From an uncultured Syntrophomonadaceae bacterium (GTDB lineage Bacteria > Bacillota > Dethiobacteria > DTU022): a stretch of DNA of 64,000 bases. The notes beneath the pieces are model-generated. The model made no database searches and was not told the DNA's origin. It worked only from the letters and a program-made list of their open reading frames with translations. The position numbers were made by a program, and so were the translations under genes. Below are positions 61,375 through 64,000 of the stretch, in pieces; position 1 is the stretch's first letter, and every line of letters begins with the position of its first letter. The stretch covers positions 44,673 through 108,672 of the forward strand of contig CAZDKY010000003.1 in the NCBI GenBank assembly GCA_964506505.1, given 5' to 3'.

Positions 61375-64000
61375 TTATAACAGGTTGGAAACCCCACTGT
61401 CAGCAGTCTGTTTCTTCTGTCCTTCTTGCATAATGATCAATTCTCTGAACAGGGCAAGCAAACCGTCGACAACAGATCCCTGCAATCCGTCAGGTTTTAT
61501 CCTGATTGAAAAAGGTTCTTCCCTCTCTTTGATAAGACTCTGTCGGTCAACCGTATTGGCTCGTCCAAAACAGTTTTCATCCACAGATGCCTCTGGAGTG
61601 AAGCGGATCTGAATTGTATTTTTCTGCTGGACAGAAACCACTTTGAGCCGGGCTGCGAGGATGCGCAGCTCTCCAATCTTTAATAAATTATTGACCGGTT
61701 CGGGGGGCGTTCCGAAACGATCGATCAGTTCTTCACCCAATTCCAGCAGTTCTTGCAACGAATCGCTTCCGTAGATGCGGCGGTAGAAATTAACTTTTTG
61801 AGCCTGGGCCCCAATGTAAGAGGCGGGAATATATGCATCAACTGATAGATCAAGTCTAGTGTCAACTTTTGGTGCGCGTTTTTCATTTTTCAGTGCGACA
61901 ACGGCCTGATCGAGTAACTTTACATATAGATCATAACCCACTGCAGCAATAAAACCATGCTGTTCGGCACCGAGGATATTGCCCGCGCCTCGAATCTCCA
62001 GATCCCGCAGCGCTACTTTAAACCCTGAACCCAGCTCGGTAAATTCCTTAATCGCCTTTAACCTCTTGCGTGCAACTTCAGATACCACTTTGTCTCTTCG
62101 ATAAGTAAGATAGGCATAAGCCAGACGATCAGAACGTCCTACCCGGCCCCTGATCTGATAGAGCTGTGCCAGACCGAATTTATCAGCATCACAGATTATT
62201 AATGTATTAACATTGGGAATGTCCAGGCCTGATTCAATAATCGTTGTACTGATCAGGATCTGGTGAAAACCGGCCTGAAAATCAGTCATAATCCTTTCAA
62301 GATTTGCTTCCGGTATCCGACCGTGTCCAACAGCAACAGATGCTTTCGGAAAAATTTTCTGAATTCGTTCCGCAAACCTGTTAATCCGATCAATCCTGTT
62401 GTAGAGAATGAAAACCTGCCCACCCCGGCTGATTTCACGCTGAACTGCTTCACGCAATAATTCTTCAGAGTACTCCAGGACATAAGTTTGGATAGGGAAA
62501 CGGTTTTCCGGCGGGGTTTCGATAATGCTCAGATCCCTGGCCCCGGTCAGAGATAGATGAAGAGTCCTCGGAATAGGTGTGGCAGTAAGAGCCAGTGTAT
62601 CTATTTCCAGGCGCATTTTCTTCATTTTTTCTTTCTGGAGCACTCCAAAACGCTGTTCTTCGTCTGCGACAAAGAGTCCCAGATCGTTAAAAGAGATGTC
62701 CGCAGACAGAAGACGATGGGTCCCAATTACAATGTCGATCTTGCCGGTCGAGAGATCTTCAATTATTTCTTTTTGCTTGCTCTTCGCTACGAATCTGCTC
62801 AGGCAGGCAATTCTTACCGGAAATCCTGCAAATCGTTCCCGGAAAGTATTGTAATGCTGCATAGCCAAAATCGTAGTGGGGACAAGCACAGCGACCTGTT
62901 TTCCTTCTATGACTACTTTGAAAGCAGCTCGCATGGCTACCTCGGTCTTCCCGTAACCAACATCACCGCAGATCAACCTGTCCATAGGTTGTTCCTTTTC
63001 CAGGTCGGTTTTTACATCAACAATAGCGCGTTGCTGATCCGGAGTTTCTTCGTAAGGAAAATTTGCTTCGAATTCTTCCTGCCAGGAATGATCGGGACCA
63101 AAGGCATACCCTTTCACAGCCTGCCTGGCAGCGTAAATAGATAAAAGCTCCCGGGCCAGTTCTTCTATTGAGAGGTTGACCCTGCTCTTAATGCGCTGCC
63201 ATTCTCCTCCTCCCAGGCTGTGCAAACGGGGAGGAGGCCCCTCTCCTCCCGAATATTTCTGAATCAGCTCTACCTGGTCAATTGGTATATAAAGGCGATC
63301 AGCACCCCTGTAGCGCAGCATGAGATAATCACGCATTGTCCCCCCAATTTCAAGAGTGCTGGTCCCCTGATACCTGCCGATACCATGCTGTTCGTGGACC
63401 AAGTAATCACCCGGCTTCAGTTCACGATAATCGCTGAGCCGAATACCGCTTTTGGAAGCAGCTCTTTTTTTCTTTTTCCGCTTTGGCAACAGATTTTGTT
63501 CGTCAAGAACCGCCAGTTTCAAAGGGGGAATAACAAATCCTTCCTCCAGGGCACCGGTGAGAACCGCTACCTGTTCCGGATCTAAAAACGGTAAATTTTC
63601 TTTCTGCAGCAGCCCGGGCTCTTCGGGATCAGCCAAAAATTCTCTCAAACCCCGGCCGCGTTTTTCAGTCTCAGCGATCAAATAAACGCGGTAGCCATTT
63701 TTTAGCCATCTTCTGTAATCGTTACTGAAAAGATCCCGCTGGCCGTGATAAGACGGGGCACTTTTAGCATCGAAATGATATGCCGGCAAATCACCGGCTG
63801 TTTTGTTGTCTCCGGGGAAAAGAGAACAAAAGAGCAGGGAGCTGCGTATCCGCTGAAAAAGTTCTTTTTCATCCCAGAGCTGCTGGTGATTATTAATTAT
63901 TAGCTCGGCATTGATCAGGACATTGCTCAGATAAACAGCCAGCTCATGCCGCAGGTTATTCCCTTTTTCGATCAGCGTAACCGGTTCTTCAACAACCACC
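61375..64000 (-). CDS. mfd: Transcription-repair coupling factor Mfd (C-terminal roughly 870 aa; the N-terminus lies beyond the window end)
   Basis: Superfamily-2 helicase motifs: GDVGYGKTEV (Walker A) and DEEQRFGV (DEAD-box-like). A C-terminal TRCF domain follows. The ORF runs to the window end. Confidence 0.9.
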   Translation of the reverse strand, partial: VVVEEPVTLIEKGNNLRHELAVYLSNVLINAELIINNHQQLWDEKELFQRIRSSLLFCSLFPGDNKTAGDLPAYHFDAKSAPSYHGQRDLFSNDYRRWLKNGYRVYLIAETEKRGRGLREFLADPEEPGLLQKENLPFLDPEQVAVLTGALEEGFVIPPLKLAVLDEQNLLPKRKKKKRAASKSGIRLSDYRELKPGDYLVHEQHGIGRYQGTSTLEIGGTMRDYLMLRYRGADRLYIPIDQVELIQKYSGGEGPPPRLHSLGGGEWQRIKSRVNLSIEELARELLSIYAARQAVKGYAFGPDHSWQEEFEANFPYEETPDQQRAIVDVKTDLEKEQPMDRLICGDVGYGKTEVAMRAAFKVVIEGKQVAVLVPTTILAMQHYNTFRERFAGFPVRIACLSRFVAKSKQKEIIEDLSTGKIDIVIGTHRLLSADISFNDLGLFVADEEQRFGVLQKEKMKKMRLEIDTLALTATPIPRTLHLSLTGARDLSIIETPPENRFPIQTYVLEYSEELLREAVQREISRGGQVFILYNRIDRINRFAERIQKIFPKASVAVGHGRIPEANLERIMTDFQAGFHQILISTTIIESGLDIPNVNTLIICDADKFGLAQLYQIRGRVGRSDRLAYAYLTYRRDKVVSEVARKRLKAIKEFTELGSGFKVALRDLEIRGAGNILGAEQHGFIAAVGYDLYVKLLDQAVVALKNEKRAPKVDTRLDLSVDAYIPASYIGAQAQKVNFYRRIYGSDSLQELLELGEELIDRFGTPPEPVNNLLKIGELRILAARLKVVSVQQKNTIQIRFTPEASVDENCFGRANTVDRQSLIKEREEPFSIRIKPDGLQGSVVDGLLALFRELIIMQEGQKKQTADSGVSNLL

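Overview
This 64-kb window looks like a chromosomal segment from a Gram-positive anaerobe, probably a Clostridia-class Firmicute. Gene density is high, GGAGG-type ribosome-binding sites are common, TTG and GTG starts are frequent, and gene order matches the Bacillus/Clostridium backbone. I found no rRNA, tRNA, CRISPR array, transposase or integrase. From start to end the window contains: a partial tandem class-II aldolase, a YlbF/YmcA regulator, an MBL-rhodanese (CstB-like) gene, YloV, trkH-trkA, an MMPL / heptad-repeat protein / TetR operon with a consensus promoter and long palindromes, a disrupted ArsR remnant, adenine deaminase, a serpin lipoprotein, ApbE next to an internally duplicated lipoprotein, a small ferredoxin, a PLP-dependent dehydratase, Usp, glpX, an orphan arcA, cspA, a BCCT osmolyte transporter, and a 920-aa dual-REC/PAS/GAF/HD-GYP regulator. 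Further on are an alpha/beta hydrolase, a complete Pho cluster (phoP-phoR-pstSCAB-phoU with Pho-box-like repeats), PFOR (nifJ), patatin, coaX, a CPBP protease, a folate operon (folE, an HD-domain gene, a long folP, folB, folK), fhs, a DmpA-like peptidase, ftsH with an acidic repeat tail, hpt, tilS, yabR, divIC, hbs, yabN/mazG, a MurJ/SpoVB-like flippase, and partial mfd. The most unusual segments are the MMPL / YhgE-Pip-like / TetR operon with its elaborate operator region, the ApbE plus tandem-repeat lipoprotein pair, the bacterial serpin, the ArsR pseudogene scar, the sporulation-gene-depleted mfd...ftsH neighbourhood, and the fol operon with an HD-domain phosphohydrolase and an N-terminally extended FolP. 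All calls come from reading the sequence and the supplied ORF translations. No database search was run.
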